Part shown: positions 26,859 to 39,575 of the stretch, piece after piece
Numbering within the stretch: position 1 is the stretch's first letter
Layout of the letters: each line of letters starts with the position of its first letter
Assembly (NCBI GenBank): GCA_013265495.1
Contig: MU058781.1
Span: 538,963-602,962 of the forward strand
Length of the DNA stretch: 64,000 bases
Direction of reading: 5' to 3'
DNA from: Vicugna vicugna
Lineage: Eukaryota
Notes under the pieces: generated by a model
Database searches by the model: none
What the model saw: the letters and a program-made list of their open reading frames with translations, nothing else
What the model was told of the DNA's origin: nothing
Translations under genes and position numbers: made by a program

Positions 26859-29339
26859 GCCATTTAAAAAGCAGATACTTTGGGGCAAGTAACGTATTAA
26901 AGTTTTCTACTAGACAGTAACGCTCTGAAACACCACCATTTTGTCGGGCTGTTTCCTAAGGGACAGGCTGTGAGTCCAGAGCTCTCAGAAGAACGACATG
27001 CAGAGATGAGAGAGTACCTGAGAACTGCTGGCCTCTTAGAATGGGAGTGGCAGTGATGGGCTCTGCACAGCCAGGAAGACTGCAGGAGGGTCAAGGTTGT
27101 CCAGTTAAGGAAGGAGCGATGAGGGATGAGGAAGACCTGTGCACTGACAGACAGGGAGAGTAGCAAAGAGAATGTGTGGTTTCACCGAGAGCCCACTTTG
27201 CTATAAGCCTAAAGCAGGACTCTGTGATTGTAAGAACGGAGCCTAAAATATAAATCAGGAAGGCAGAGCTGCACTGTGACACTCCCTTGCTTGCCTGCTG
27301 CATTCTTGTTCTTCCTTTTCCTCCTCCTCCTCTTCTTCTCCTTGCTGCTGTGTTATTATTAACAAGAGCTACCATTTTTGAAAATTCAGTAGGGCTAGCA
27401 GCTAAAACGTCAGAGTTTTCTATACTTTATCTCACTTAATACACTTAATGATCCTATGAGACAGGCATACTCCTCTGGGGATTAGAGAGTGTAAGCCAAC
27501 TGCCTAAGGCATTTGTTTAAAGCCAGCTGCCTGAAGGTACCTGCCTGGTGGGAGAGTTAGAATACTGGTCCTGTTCTCTCTGTAAAGTGTGGGCTGTCAG
27601 CCACTGCGTTATCCTGCACTCCAAAGGGAAGTGAATCCCGCAGAAGACCACGAATGACGAGACAGAGGACGGTCTGCAGCCGAGGAAGCCACAGTTTAAA
27701 GAGGACGTAGGAAGAGGACGGGACTTTGTGAGTTTCTATTCTCTACAAAGCAGGATGCCTACCTGATTTTCACCATCTCCTGATTGTTCTTTGCTTCTGT
27801 AAAGTGCCATTTTAATACAGATCATTCAATTTCATTTCAACTAGCGCCACTTTTTCAACGTAGGCCTGCCTCCTAGAATGGCTTCTTTCCAGCAGACCTT
27901 CAGCCATGTGCAGTGAGAGGAGAAAGGGTGGGCGATGTGTCACGCGCATGCAAATGTGAGATTCACCTTTCCTTAAGAGAATGCTCAGGTGAGGAGGAGA
28001 GCCTTTCCTTGTATCACCTAACAGACAGCCTTTTCAAAGATGCCCTAGCTTGAGTTAATGGATTTGCATATCCTCATTCAAGGAGAATTAAATTTTCCTT
28101 AATCAGGGAAATTCATAGATGATAGCACCTTGTGAGAAACGTGGATGGGATAAAGCACATTCATTCAAGCATATGATAAGGTCATGATAATACATTAAAG
28201 AGCAAAAAGCAAATCGTTTCTCACTATTTAATTTTTAGTGTTTCTTTCTCCTTTAGTCTCATCCCACCTACTTTAAAAAATCATTTCTAAAATATGATCA
28301 TTATGATAACACCAGTAAAGGAAACGTTGGTTTATGTCATGAAATAAGTTTTATCAAAGTAGAGGTTCTGAAAATGCATGTCTCTGTATTCATCCTTCTC
28401 TTCCTTTCTCTTTTCTTGACTGAGTGTGCCCAATAATTTCCTGAGTTGGGACATTACTGCCATATTTTGTTCTATTCATTAAAAATGTTTCCACTGGCTA
28501 GGGATAAAAATAAGCATACTATTAGTAGCTGAGAAGCAGAGGTTTCCAAATTATTTTCAAAATTTATATATTCGGATGTTTCTCCAAACTAACACAAACC
28601 TACCATAAGTGTGGAAACATTCAGTTATTCAACCTGACTAAGACACTATGTGTCTTCTAGAAATTCTGTGTTCTCGTCATAGCTATCAGACTTACAGCAG
28701 TTTCTTAATAACAACAGATATACTGCCAGGAAGTTTAACATGGTGGGGGTGTGTGTGTGTGTGTGTCTGTCTGTCTGTCTGTCTGTGTGTTTGTCCTTTT
28801 CAGACCATTAATATCTGCTTCTTGTTAAAACTAACTAGAAATTCTAAGAAAATGCCTTGAGAATAGGAAAATTAGAATAGAATGCTAATAATTATGATGA
28901 AACCAAAATTTACTTTTATTTGCTTTTTTTAATCCTAGAGTTGTTACAAAAATGCATAGCTATTAATAAAATCTTATTGAATGCTTAATATTTCTTTCCT
29001 CATTAAACTAGCAATTTAGCTTTTTTCCTCTCAACATTTAGGAATGCTCATTTCCTTTTGTCTGAAAAACACAATCCTCGCCAATTAGCCTCCCCAAAAT
29101 TTAGGATTTTGAGTAAAAACTTTGTTCGTGTTCTTGCTCCACAGTCCACTCCCAGACAGCGATGCTGGGCAGATCAGTTGGCCTATTTCCACTTCAGTTT
29201 CCAAATCTAAATTCGCAGTGGTATTACTTGACTTATTGGGCGACTGTGAGAATAAATTGATATACTGCACTTAAAGCACTATGTAGAGTATAGAATAGTA
29301 AACAAAACGATGAATTTTAAAAAGGAAAGTATCAAAGAT

Positions 29340-30250
29340 GACTCAAGATCTAAGTAAGGCTTGGATAATCAAATAGATGGTATTTTCTGAAGGAGCATAG
29401 AGTGAGGGGTCAAGGGGATATGAAAGAGCTGTAATTGGATAATTTTAGATTTAAATGACTTTGAGTCTCCAAAAGAAAATGTCAGTTGTGTATATACACG
29501 TCCAGACAATAGAGGGTATCTGCGCTGGAGCTGTGTATCCATAAGTCGTCTAAAAATAGGTTGGCAATTCAAACCGCAGACATACTTGAAATCAATAAAA
29601 AACAAAAAAAAAGAAAAATGTATAGTAAGAAAAAGAGAATCCCTAGAATTGGCACTTTATCTCCAAGGGAGACGAGGCTGCTTGACCCTGAAAAGGCAGC
29701 AAAAATCAGAAGCAGAAAAGTACGAAGTGAAACTTGGTAACAGAAAGTTCTAAATGCTGAGGGAAGAGAAATTAAAAAAAATTAGTCAAAACTTTGAATG
29801 CAGCTGGGAGAATACGTACCAAAATGACTGTGCGTACGTTCTGTGAACAGGATATCAATGTTAACTTTAATGAAACGTATTTCAGTGGTTCATAAAGTAG
29901 ACAAATCCGTGTTGAAATAAAGTGAGGAAGTGGAGACAATGATAAAGAAAATTCTTTTGAGAGGTTTGGCTATGAAGTCGAGAAAATAGGGAGGAAAGTT
30001 ATTGGAAGGAGATGAGATGCCTAGAGATTATTTATCATTGTTGAAATTTTATGAAGGAGTCATAGGCACATTTAAAAGCCAATGGGAAAGTTCCAGTTGA
30101 GAGCGAGAGTGAGAAAGGGAATGGAGAGTTTGAACACATAAGAGGGAGATGTCCTGCTCATAACAATATTCCTGGGGATGAAATCAACAGCACAGATTTA
30201 GAAATTCGCCTCAGGTAGGAGGAATGATCTTTCTGAATTTTAGCAAGAAG
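29340..30250 (-). mobile_element. Degraded L2 fragments
   Basis: Purine-rich reverse L2 wording such as GTGAGGAAGTGGAGACA and TCTTTTGAGAGGTTTGGCTATGAAG; boundaries approximate. Confidence 0.55.
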
Positions 30251-31249
30251 GAAATAAAATAATAATAAAACCTGTCCATAGATAACTATTACAGGTATTT
30301 ATAAACACGTAACACATTAAAATTCCTCCACCTGAGACTGCTCTTGATAGTGAGTATAACACTGTTGTGACAAAATTTTAAAAAAACTGGTTTTGAAAAA
30401 AGTCCAGGATCCTGAGATCTACAGCAGAAGTACAAATTGTAACCGTCTCCACCTTCAGCAAAAACACGGGGAATGAGACTCAAGACATTCATGTATTCAT
30501 AGAAAATTGGGACATAGGTGGGTAAACAGAGCAATTTAATTAGCATGATCCTCTAGGTGGGAGTAAATGGTCTATTTGTGTGGGGTTAATGAACTCTTTC
30601 AGGGCACCTAATAGAACCATGGTGCCTTCAAAAGACTCATTGCCCTCACAGGCACGAGCGCTTTTTCTATCAGAGAGTTCTTTATTTACCAGTCTTTACG
30701 CTCTGCAGGAGGAGGCCACGTGTTTATGAGATAACACATTCCCGCAGGTAAAAGAAGTGCTTTTCCCAGCTTTCATCCTCACACTCAACAAACACGAACA
30801 TTTCTGATAGGATAGCTTTTCCCTCTTCACATCAATAAAGTGGTTCTGCATAGTACTGTTTAATTTCATCAGTGTAACACAGATACAAAATAACACTAAT
30901 TTCTTATAGTAGGTGACATCTCTGAGCTATAGCTGGATGGTATGCAGGGCTGAAGTCGTGTGGCTGGAGTCAGAGTAGGGAGGAGCGAGTGGCTGGTGAC
31001 TTTTTCATCTGTACAGTTGCTGTTGCTTCTCTGGAGATGAGACATAGCAATGCTTAGCTGACAACTCCCTGAGCATGCATATAGATAATAAGCAGTTGTG
31101 AATCCTTACGTATGCTAAGCAAATATTAACTCTGGGCCATGATGGAGGAAGACCAGAAAAACAAAATACATAACCAAATGCCTAATCATTTATGTTAATT
31201 GTAGTAACAGAAGCATCTGGTTTTATTTGATGTGTTCTCTCTGCTTTCG

Positions 31250-31710
31250 ACGTCTAAGACAAGACAGACGTTAAAGCGGAAAAAATCCACTTTAAGTCTT
31301 CTCACTTAATTTATCTGACAATTATCCCTGGCTCTCCCAGTTTTCTGTATGCCCTGTGAGCATAGGGGCTATGTTTTCCAGCCTTGGAAATGAGATAGAG
31401 CGCCCCCCTCTGGCAGACAGGGTGGATATGATCGCAGCCCGTTACAAAGCATTCAAATACCCTGAGTTTGGGGTTCTTCGGCTATGACAAACCCATAAGG
31501 TGTGCAAGGTCCCCAGGGCCCTTCAGTGTTACCCCTGGAGGATTTAGGAGGCAAGGGAAATTGGCACATAGTACTCAAGCTGGCTGCAGTGCCATGAGTC
31601 ATAAGGCCCTCTGTTTCTGACCCAGGAGTCTTGTGTCTTGTGCTAGCACCCATGAGACCATCTCAGGCTAACTCATCAGGTGCAAAAAATCTCTGAGACA
31701 TCACCGTTCT
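31250..31710 (+). mobile_element. ERVL LTR, MER54/MER74-like
   Basis: CTGACCCAGGAGTCTTGTGTCTT..GC.AGCA.CCATGA..CAGGCTAACT 3' block. 5' boundary uncertain. Confidence 0.65.
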
Positions 31711-32749
31711 CCTCAGCCTTCTCCCCTTAATTTGTTTATGTGGTTTATATACACATTTTTTTCCCCTAGGGAAAACGATTTACAGGGTTACTCCCCAGGA
31801 GTTTCTCCAGTTTCTGCCTCTCAGAAGAAGGCTGTGTAAACAATCTGACCGAACAAGCCTATGGCGGAACCCAGATGATCTTGACCTTCTCTGGGTGTGA
31901 ACTGTATCTTCAAAATGCCATCGTGTTTGAGGCCACAGTTGGGAAAATACAGAAATAAGAAATTCAGAAAAAATTAAAACTACAGATCAGTATTTTGTAT
32001 TGTGTTAAATGTCTAACCTCAGTCTTCTGGAACCTTGTTTTGTTTATAGAAGTATGTACGTAGAGATCTACCTAAATGTTAACATGTCTTGTCTTACTTT
32101 ACCTCTGTGTCTTTCATGTATGCTTTTCAGACCCAAACCCTTAAAGAAACTATGACAATGTTTATTCTACCATTTTTGACTAGCGTGGTGTATTGCTAAA
32201 AGACTTTGGATCACATGTGAAAAAATAAAATCCAAATTGACTGCATCTTTCCTTATTGCTTAACAACTGTCAAACAATTGAGAAATTTGTTTTGGATGAA
32301 GCATGAACATTCCGTCTTCCATTCCCAGCGCCACTCCACACAGTCTGCAGTTTGTCAGCTGACCACTGATTGATGTCAATGTGAAAATTCTCAGACAGAA
32401 GACAAGAAATATGTCATGGGTTTTTGGTTCATCAAGCTTCTGACTAGGACCAGAGCCAGCAATTACACACACTTATGCCTATTCTCTGGAATACAGAGAA
32501 AGCAAAATCTCCTTGGGGTTGTAAGAATAACTACTCTGTTCCTTACACAAAACGACTAAGGCTCAACAGCTTGTGAAAAAGGCATGGTCCAGGGCATGTC
32601 AGGACAAAGCAGAATGGTACCTTATTTCTCTGCTCTCCATATTCTTTCATAACTGGACAAGACTCAGGCTTACAAGTAGCTGGGCACACTGGAGATGGGC
32701 TGATATAAGGTACCAGTGCAGCCCCATCAGAACAAAGCATCCCATCAGC

Positions 32750-33670
32750 GATTTAATCGACACATATTTATTGAGTGTCTGCAAGGCGACTGTACTGTTG
32801 CAATGTCGGCACTATTGTAGGTTCTGCTGAAAAACTAACACGGAGTAAGGACCTCGCTCTCCTTAAATCTATAGTCAAGTGGAGATGACAGATACTGAGG
32901 ACATAATACGTGTGACTGAAGTTTAAAAGAAAGCAAGGTGATCTAGGCTGAGGGTAAGTATCCATGTAGAGTTCTTACAAGAAGTGACACATAAACTTAG
33001 AACTAAAATAAGAATAGACTTTAAACTTGAAACAAAATGAGAGGAAAATAAGGAGAGATACAGTGCAAAGACCCTGAGGCCAAAGATCTCATGTGACTGG
33101 ATTATATGAACAGAAGAGGAGAATCGCTACAAGATGAAAGAGCATGCAGGGGCTAGATCAAGAGCCTCATAGGTTTTAGTGAGGATTTGTTGGGGACAAC
33201 AGAAATCTATTTCCATACAGTGTGTGTTTACAAAAATAACTATTGCCGTAGGGTAAATTACAGATCGAGGAGAGCAAGCGTGGGTGTGGGGGAATCGTCG
33301 TACTAGATACGAAGATACTGATGTTGGCCTAAGCCATGAGAGAGATGATGGAGAGAATTGCAAGTGGACAGATTCTAGAATTGTTTAAAGGTTAAAATTA
33401 GTTAGAATTAGTATCTTTTGGTAATTAATTGAGCGTGAGAGAAGAGGGAGGGGAAGGGGTTACACAGGACTCCCAGGTTTCTGTCTAAAGCAATCACCAG
33501 GGTAGACAATAGCCAGATTTTCTGTGCAGAGGACAGGAGAAGAGGGTCGGGACTGGAAGAAAAGATGGTAAGTTCTGTTTCTCACCTTGAGGCTTTCATC
33601 TAAATGGGTCTGGAGCTAATGAGAGAAGTCATGTGTTGGGGATGAAAAATTGAGTTTTGGCAACACCTAG
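32750..33670 (-). mobile_element. L2 LINE
   Basis: Starts ATTTATTGAGTGTC (reverse of the L2 3' end); contains CAGTGCAAAGACCCTGAGG and GACTCCCAGGTTTCTG. Confidence 0.75.
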
Positions 33671-33734
33671 GTTTTGTTTTAGAGATTCTAAATAAGTAAA
33701 AAAAAAGTATAAATTGACATCATATTGCTTTTGT

Positions 33735-34690
33735 GTGTACAATGGTGGCTTCTACCAGGGCGACCTCACCTCCTCAGGGGAGAGGTCCTGTTGCCCTGGC
33801 ATAGTGGACCACTAGGAGGCAGATGGAGGTGGGCTCCCTGGGTCATTCTGAGAGTTAATGAGGAGAATAAAAAGCTTTGAAGAAAGCAGGACTCCTGTAG
33901 GTGACTGGCTGGAGGGAAAAACCCCAGTGAGCTGCTGAAAGCAGCAGACTTCCGAGGACGGGGTCATGCCCGTCTTCACCTGGTCAGGTGGGGGCATCAG
34001 AAGTTGGTTGACTCAGATAACTGAACCACTGTCCTCAGAATGTTCACTGTGACCTCACCTTGTGGCTCACCTAGACATGATGGCTGTGCAAAGTGGGAGG
34101 GACTGGGAGAGAGGGGGGACAAATGCACTTTGCTGGAGCAGCCAACTGACCAAGAAGACAGGGAGAAGCCAGTCTCGTTCAGAAGAAGAATGCACCAATT
34201 AGACAACAGAAATCGTCCCACGAGAGTCCCACGGCCAGCAGCTCAGAGCACTAGATACTGCGACCCTTCCCACTGGGACCCCAGACGTGACATCCACAAC
34301 GAGCATGCTTCAGTCACAAGAAAAAAATACGCAGCTGGAATTTTCAACACTTCCAGCTGGAGGCAATTTCTGTCACTCAGGAGGACATATGAACTGAATT
34401 TTCACAAATACTGGACAACTAAAACTGTGCCTAATGTCTTCTGGAGAAGGCACTACTGAGCTTGGCTACAAGGAATACAATACCTTGAGCACCCAAGCTC
34501 GTGAGCGGGAATTGTTTTGGAAGCAGTTTGAGAACGAACAAGAGAGTAGGAGCCTGGCGACTATGCTGTTCTATCACTTTGGGGGGATTAACCGATTATG
34601 TGCACCCGTACATGTGTATTTTCTGGGATGCACCACAGCTTGCTTTTCTCGGTTGAGATGGATTTAACGACTTGTATTTTGTAACCCAGC
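33735..34690 (+). mobile_element. Ancient LTR-like element, possibly Gypsy-type (MamGyp-like)
   Basis: GC-richer block with recalled LTR-like wording; family assignment tentative. Confidence 0.45.
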
Positions 34691-34999
34691 TTGGTTTTAT
34701 GTTTCTCATAATCTTTTGTGTTTACTTTTCTCCCTTTGACTTAATCATATTGTCCTGGACCCATGAGAATTTTCTTACTTTTATTCTGACGTCCCAACTT
34801 CAGCTTCTCATGAAGGACGAGAACATATTATGGAAACAGCTTTCTAAAAACAACTATCACACTTATTTCTATGTCTTTTTTTTTTTAAGACAGGAAGGCT
34901 CAGATTCAAATTTGCAACTCAGATCCAGAAATCATACTGAACTTTGTCTCAGTTACTGTTATCTCCTCTCAGCTCCAAACCCACTCTTCTATACGCTGT

Positions 35000-35475
35000 T
35001 TGTGGGGTAAGGGTGGGACTCTGCACCTCATTTCTGCTTTTCCTGCAGGTTTCTTCTTGGACTCCGTAATGGGGGGGGGATGTTCAAGGGAGACAGCAAG
35101 GCTGGAAGAGGAAGGAGGGACCAGTTCTTCTCCGTGGCTCCCCGTGGCTCCCCCGGCCACGCTCTTGCTCCCAGCACTGGCGCGCCTGCCGTGGGAGCTG
35201 CTGAGTCTGGTCTGCAGTGTCACCAACACCTGCAGAGCCGCTCTCTCCCCACAGGCCCTCAAGTTTTAATAATTCCAACTTCTTCCCTTTTTCCCTCAGC
35301 CCTGGGGGTGGCCCTGGTAACTGCTTCCAGAAACTGTACCTCTGTGATACCTTGGTCTTTTGTCTGTTTAGTTACCTCATAGACAGCTTTATATATAACT
35401 ATCAATTCTTCACATTAAATTCTGTTTAAGCAACTGGTATGGTTTCTGCTTTTTGACTGAACACCACCTGATTCA
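35000..35475 (+). mobile_element. LTR33-like ERVL LTR
   Basis: CCCTCAGCCCTGGGGGTGG..CTGCTTCC..ACCTCTGTG..ATTAAATTC..AACTGGT.TGGTTTCTG..TGACTG..CTGAT.CA 3' end. Confidence 0.75.
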
Positions 35476-36713
35476 GACTTCATAGTCTTCAAATCTACAT
35501 TCTATTTCGTCTTTCTGCTTTATATTTTTCTCAGTCCTCTTTTTCTGTTTGTTTTCTCTATTGTTGGTAAGGAGGGTGGTGATATTAACTCTCAAGTTTT
35601 TGTGGATGCATGTTACATAAGGGGAAACCATAAAAAATAATGCAAATAAAAGAAAGGCTCCCAAGCTAGGGGAGAAGGAAGAGAACAAAGGAATAAAACA
35701 TATTCCATATGTTTAATGGAAATATGGATAGAAAGACTTTTTAATTGAATAACAGCATAATAAAATAAAATAACATGAGGAAGAAATCAAATTTCCCGGT
35801 TTTTACAGTAAGTTATAAATAGATTATGTTCACCTTTTAAATGACAGAAATTCAAAATCAGAGTAAAACAATGTTCTTTAACTATTATTTTATCTGTAAG
35901 TTGCTTACCAAATAAACATCTAAAACATCACAAGCCATAAAGTTAAATGGATTTAATGTTCACCATCACTTCCCGTAACTCCTATAGTTTTGAGGTTCTC
36001 ATTTTGATATATTTATTTTCTCCTTATGTCCTGTATTTTATCGAGTATTCATAGATTCAGTACTCTTTCACTTTAAATTAAACGTTTTTAGATAGCTGAA
36101 GATTCACACACAGCTGACAGTCCTCTTCTTGATGTGTGTGTGCGTGCGTGCAGGTGTGCATCTTACATAAGTGAATGCGAATATTTTCTAAATTACATTG
36201 GCCTCAAAAAAATAAGCCCTAGTGTTTAATAAAAACATTTTTGTGAAAATCTCATCAATAAAGTATGACAAGTAGAAACAAATAATAGTTTTGCCTCATG
36301 TAAGTTACCCAGTATGCACTGAGCTTTTACCTCACGTACCAGACTCTGAGCTCTGAGCACTTTGCATGGATTATCTAACTCTCTCTTCACCAGAACTCTC
36401 TGAGGGAGTTATTATGATTGTTGCCTATTTTACACTAAGTTTTTATAAGGAGTTAGTAACCAGGACTGGGATATGAACAGTTCGTACTCTGAACAACTTT
36501 GCCTCACCGGGATTCAGATCTTTTTGGAGGTAATGAAGGTGCCCCTTGAGTCCAGCATGATACTGGTAGTTGAAAGAAGCAAACCTGAAGAGATCAGTGA
36601 AACTCAGAAGGTCATAGTTAATGTTCTGCAGCTATACTTTTTTTGCCACCTTGTTCTCTTTTGCTGTGATAGTAGGTGAAGTTAGTCTCTTGCAATGTTA
36701 AACCAATAGTAAC

Positions 36714-36746
<33 letters not shown>

Positions 36747-39254
36747 CATATGTATATATTTATTACAAATATTTTTCAAGGTAGTTCACTCATTGCATTT
36801 TTTTCTTCTCGTTTCTTCTTATTTCTGTCCTCCATTATCTCAGAGATGTTGACTACACAAAACGCCCTTGCGCCCAGGTAAACTCAGCTCACTAACGAGT
36901 GTCCAAGAGAGAGGAGCTCAGGCAACGGTGGGCAAACTGGACGGTCACAGACAGCACCTGGGCACCAACCCACCGTCAAAATCCCCTTTCTCAAAAGCTT
37001 GACCTATTGACTTTCAAAGTCTAGGACAAGGTCCACGGTGCTTCACAGATTTGGAGATATGATTGGAACAGCACTGCCTTACCTGCTAAAATTTGTTCAC
37101 AGGTGCTGCAAACACATCTTGATAAAGATGTACCAAACGTTGACCACATAGAATCTGGAAATAAAACACGTACAAATAAGTGAAAAATGCAAAAGCCTTT
37201 CCTCAAAAGAAAAGACAATCGGCACATGCATTATAAATTGCATCTGAAGGTACATTTTAATTTGCTGCTTTATTTAACCCTCTGCTGAGCACTGCATACG
37301 AGATATTTCAAACCAACATCACTGGAAAAGTGTTAGAAGCATCACTTGGTGATTGTCTTCCCTGGAAGATAATGTTTCACGGTAAATAAACAATGGGCTC
37401 TAGAAAGTAGTTATTTTTAGAAAGAATTCAGAAGTGAGAAGAATTAATGCAATGATGATAAGAAGAAAGGGTCCAGAAAATGGATACAATGTGTCAAAGA
37501 ATTGCAAGTGTTTTCTGTCTTTGGGGATGAGATAAGGGAGGAGAGGGTTGTCATTGGTCTTTAGTGTTTGTTGCTGAGTAAGTGAAAATAAATGGAAAAT
37601 GAGGTTCTTCCAATTTCAAACTGTTACAATACGGTTACTTTCATGCCCTACAGAGAATTCCTGAAGGCACGAACCCAGTCACAAATTGGTACACATCAGC
37701 ATTTTGCATAAAAGGAAAACATCCATATCTGACTCAAGCAACGATGAAATCAATACAGAAACATTTCCAGAGAAGTCCTGCAGGTTTTTATGCATTTACA
37801 GCTAGTATATCGTGCAAAAAATCTTCTGACTGTTAAATAAATCAACTTTAGATCCACAGTCCCTAAACTTCCACGGTTTTCTTTATCATCACCTAGAGAG
37901 CACCCTGCAGACATTAAGTTGCAATTTCCCCCTATTGTTTCTATCCTTATTAGATGCTTTATCTCTCTGCTGGTTTTTTTGATGGGTTTGAATACAGGGG
38001 TTAAATTCCTATCTTACAGTCTTTCTACCAGTCTCCTCCAAAGCCTGCAGAATATCATAAAAAGAGCATCTGACCAACTCCAGAGCTAAAATGCTGTCCT
38101 CAGCTCTCTGGCTGAGCCTAAACCTTTCTGCCAATAAAATTATGCCCATGTACATAATTGCATTTGATTTTATTTACCAGTGAATGTCTGAACTACTGGC
38201 ATGAATCGAATAATTATTTCAGACTCTCCAAAAAGCGTACCTGAAAAGGACTTTACAAGTATATTAAATAAAGGTAGTATTTAAATAACTTCAGAAAATT
38301 TTGAATAGTATTTAAAATTTTATCAATGCAGAAATCTATTGCCCTAAATGTCATTTTAAAAGATAGATTTGATACTTTTGACAAAATGGAAACTTTTACA
38401 TAAACTGTGACTGGTTCATCATATGAAGATGTTAGTGTTGGATAAGAAGGAGGATATATTTGCTTCTTAATAATTTAGTGGCCATGGCCACCTAAGCAGA
38501 ACAAAGAAACCAATCAATCAACACGGTTGGTTTAAGTTGCAGTCCTCATATTTAAATTAGACCCCCCTTGCTATAAGTACCAAACTCTAGTGTAATGCTA
38601 ATCATATTCGGTTTGTATTAAAGATATTCATGTAATTTTCTGTTTGGGCCTCAGTTTTCTCACCTGCAAACTGGGAATAATACTGATTGTTTTAAGGGCA
38701 TATATGAATTCATGTTTAAAAACAAGCTTTGATCAATGCCTGTCATATAGTAACTGTTCAATACATTTAGCTGTTACTACTACTAGTGCCTCATTAGGTG
38801 GTACAATTCTTAAGGGTTTAAACTGTTTTGTTTATACTGGAATTTCCCAAATTGCTAAGTACCTGATAACACCTTAACTAGTGTTTGCTCAAGTAATTGG
38901 TACTCAGAAACTTGTGAAATGCACTCTGAATTTTACAATGGACAAATAGACCTATTTTATGCTTGTTTAGATAATACTCAAATATAAAAAACATACTTTA
39001 AAAAACACACATATAGGGTGTAACCAACTAGGGCTATAGAAGAAACTCTTCCAGTCAATACTAGCCTGCCTTCCTGGTTTCAAGGTCCAGTTCCAGCTGC
39101 CAACTTCTCTATTAAAATTTCTTTGATCGACTCTCTTCTGTTTTCCACAAGAAGACTACAGCATTTTGTATTTTCATTTCCCATGCAGTTTATCCCATTC
39201 TGTCAGGTTTTATAGCTATCTGTGTCCATGTATATGTGTCCTTGAATTTCCAGA

Positions 39255-39575
39255 ATTCAACACAGTCTGATAGAAATGTTGATGCAAGCCACATATATAA
39301 TTTGGAATTTTTTAATACCCATATTTTTAAAAAGTAAAAGGAAAGAAGTGAAATTATTTTTATTTTATTTAAGCCAATATGTTCAAAATGTTAAAATTTC
39401 AACAGATAATCAATATAAAAATGTTAAAAAGACATTTCGCATTATTTTTTTTTCACACTAGTCTTTGAAATTTGACTTATGCTTTACACTTAGAGCACAT
39501 TTCAATTTGGACTAACCGTATTTCCAAGGCTTACACGTCCATGTGGCTAACGACTGCCATATTTGACTCTACATG
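39255..39575. mobile_element. MER33/MER3-like hAT-Charlie MITE
   Basis: ATGCAAGCCACATAT.., GCACATTTCAATTTGGACTA and CATGTGGCTA..GACT.CCATATT blocks. Confidence 0.75.

Noticed and set aside
27644..27727. 84-nt open segment KTTNDETEDG.. ending at a GTGAGT donor
   Set aside because: The acceptor lacks a polypyrimidine tract, there are no partner exons, and I recognise no protein.
34040..35429. Cluster of ORFs up to 139 aa
   Set aside because: Mostly inside old LTR-like elements; no recognisable domain.
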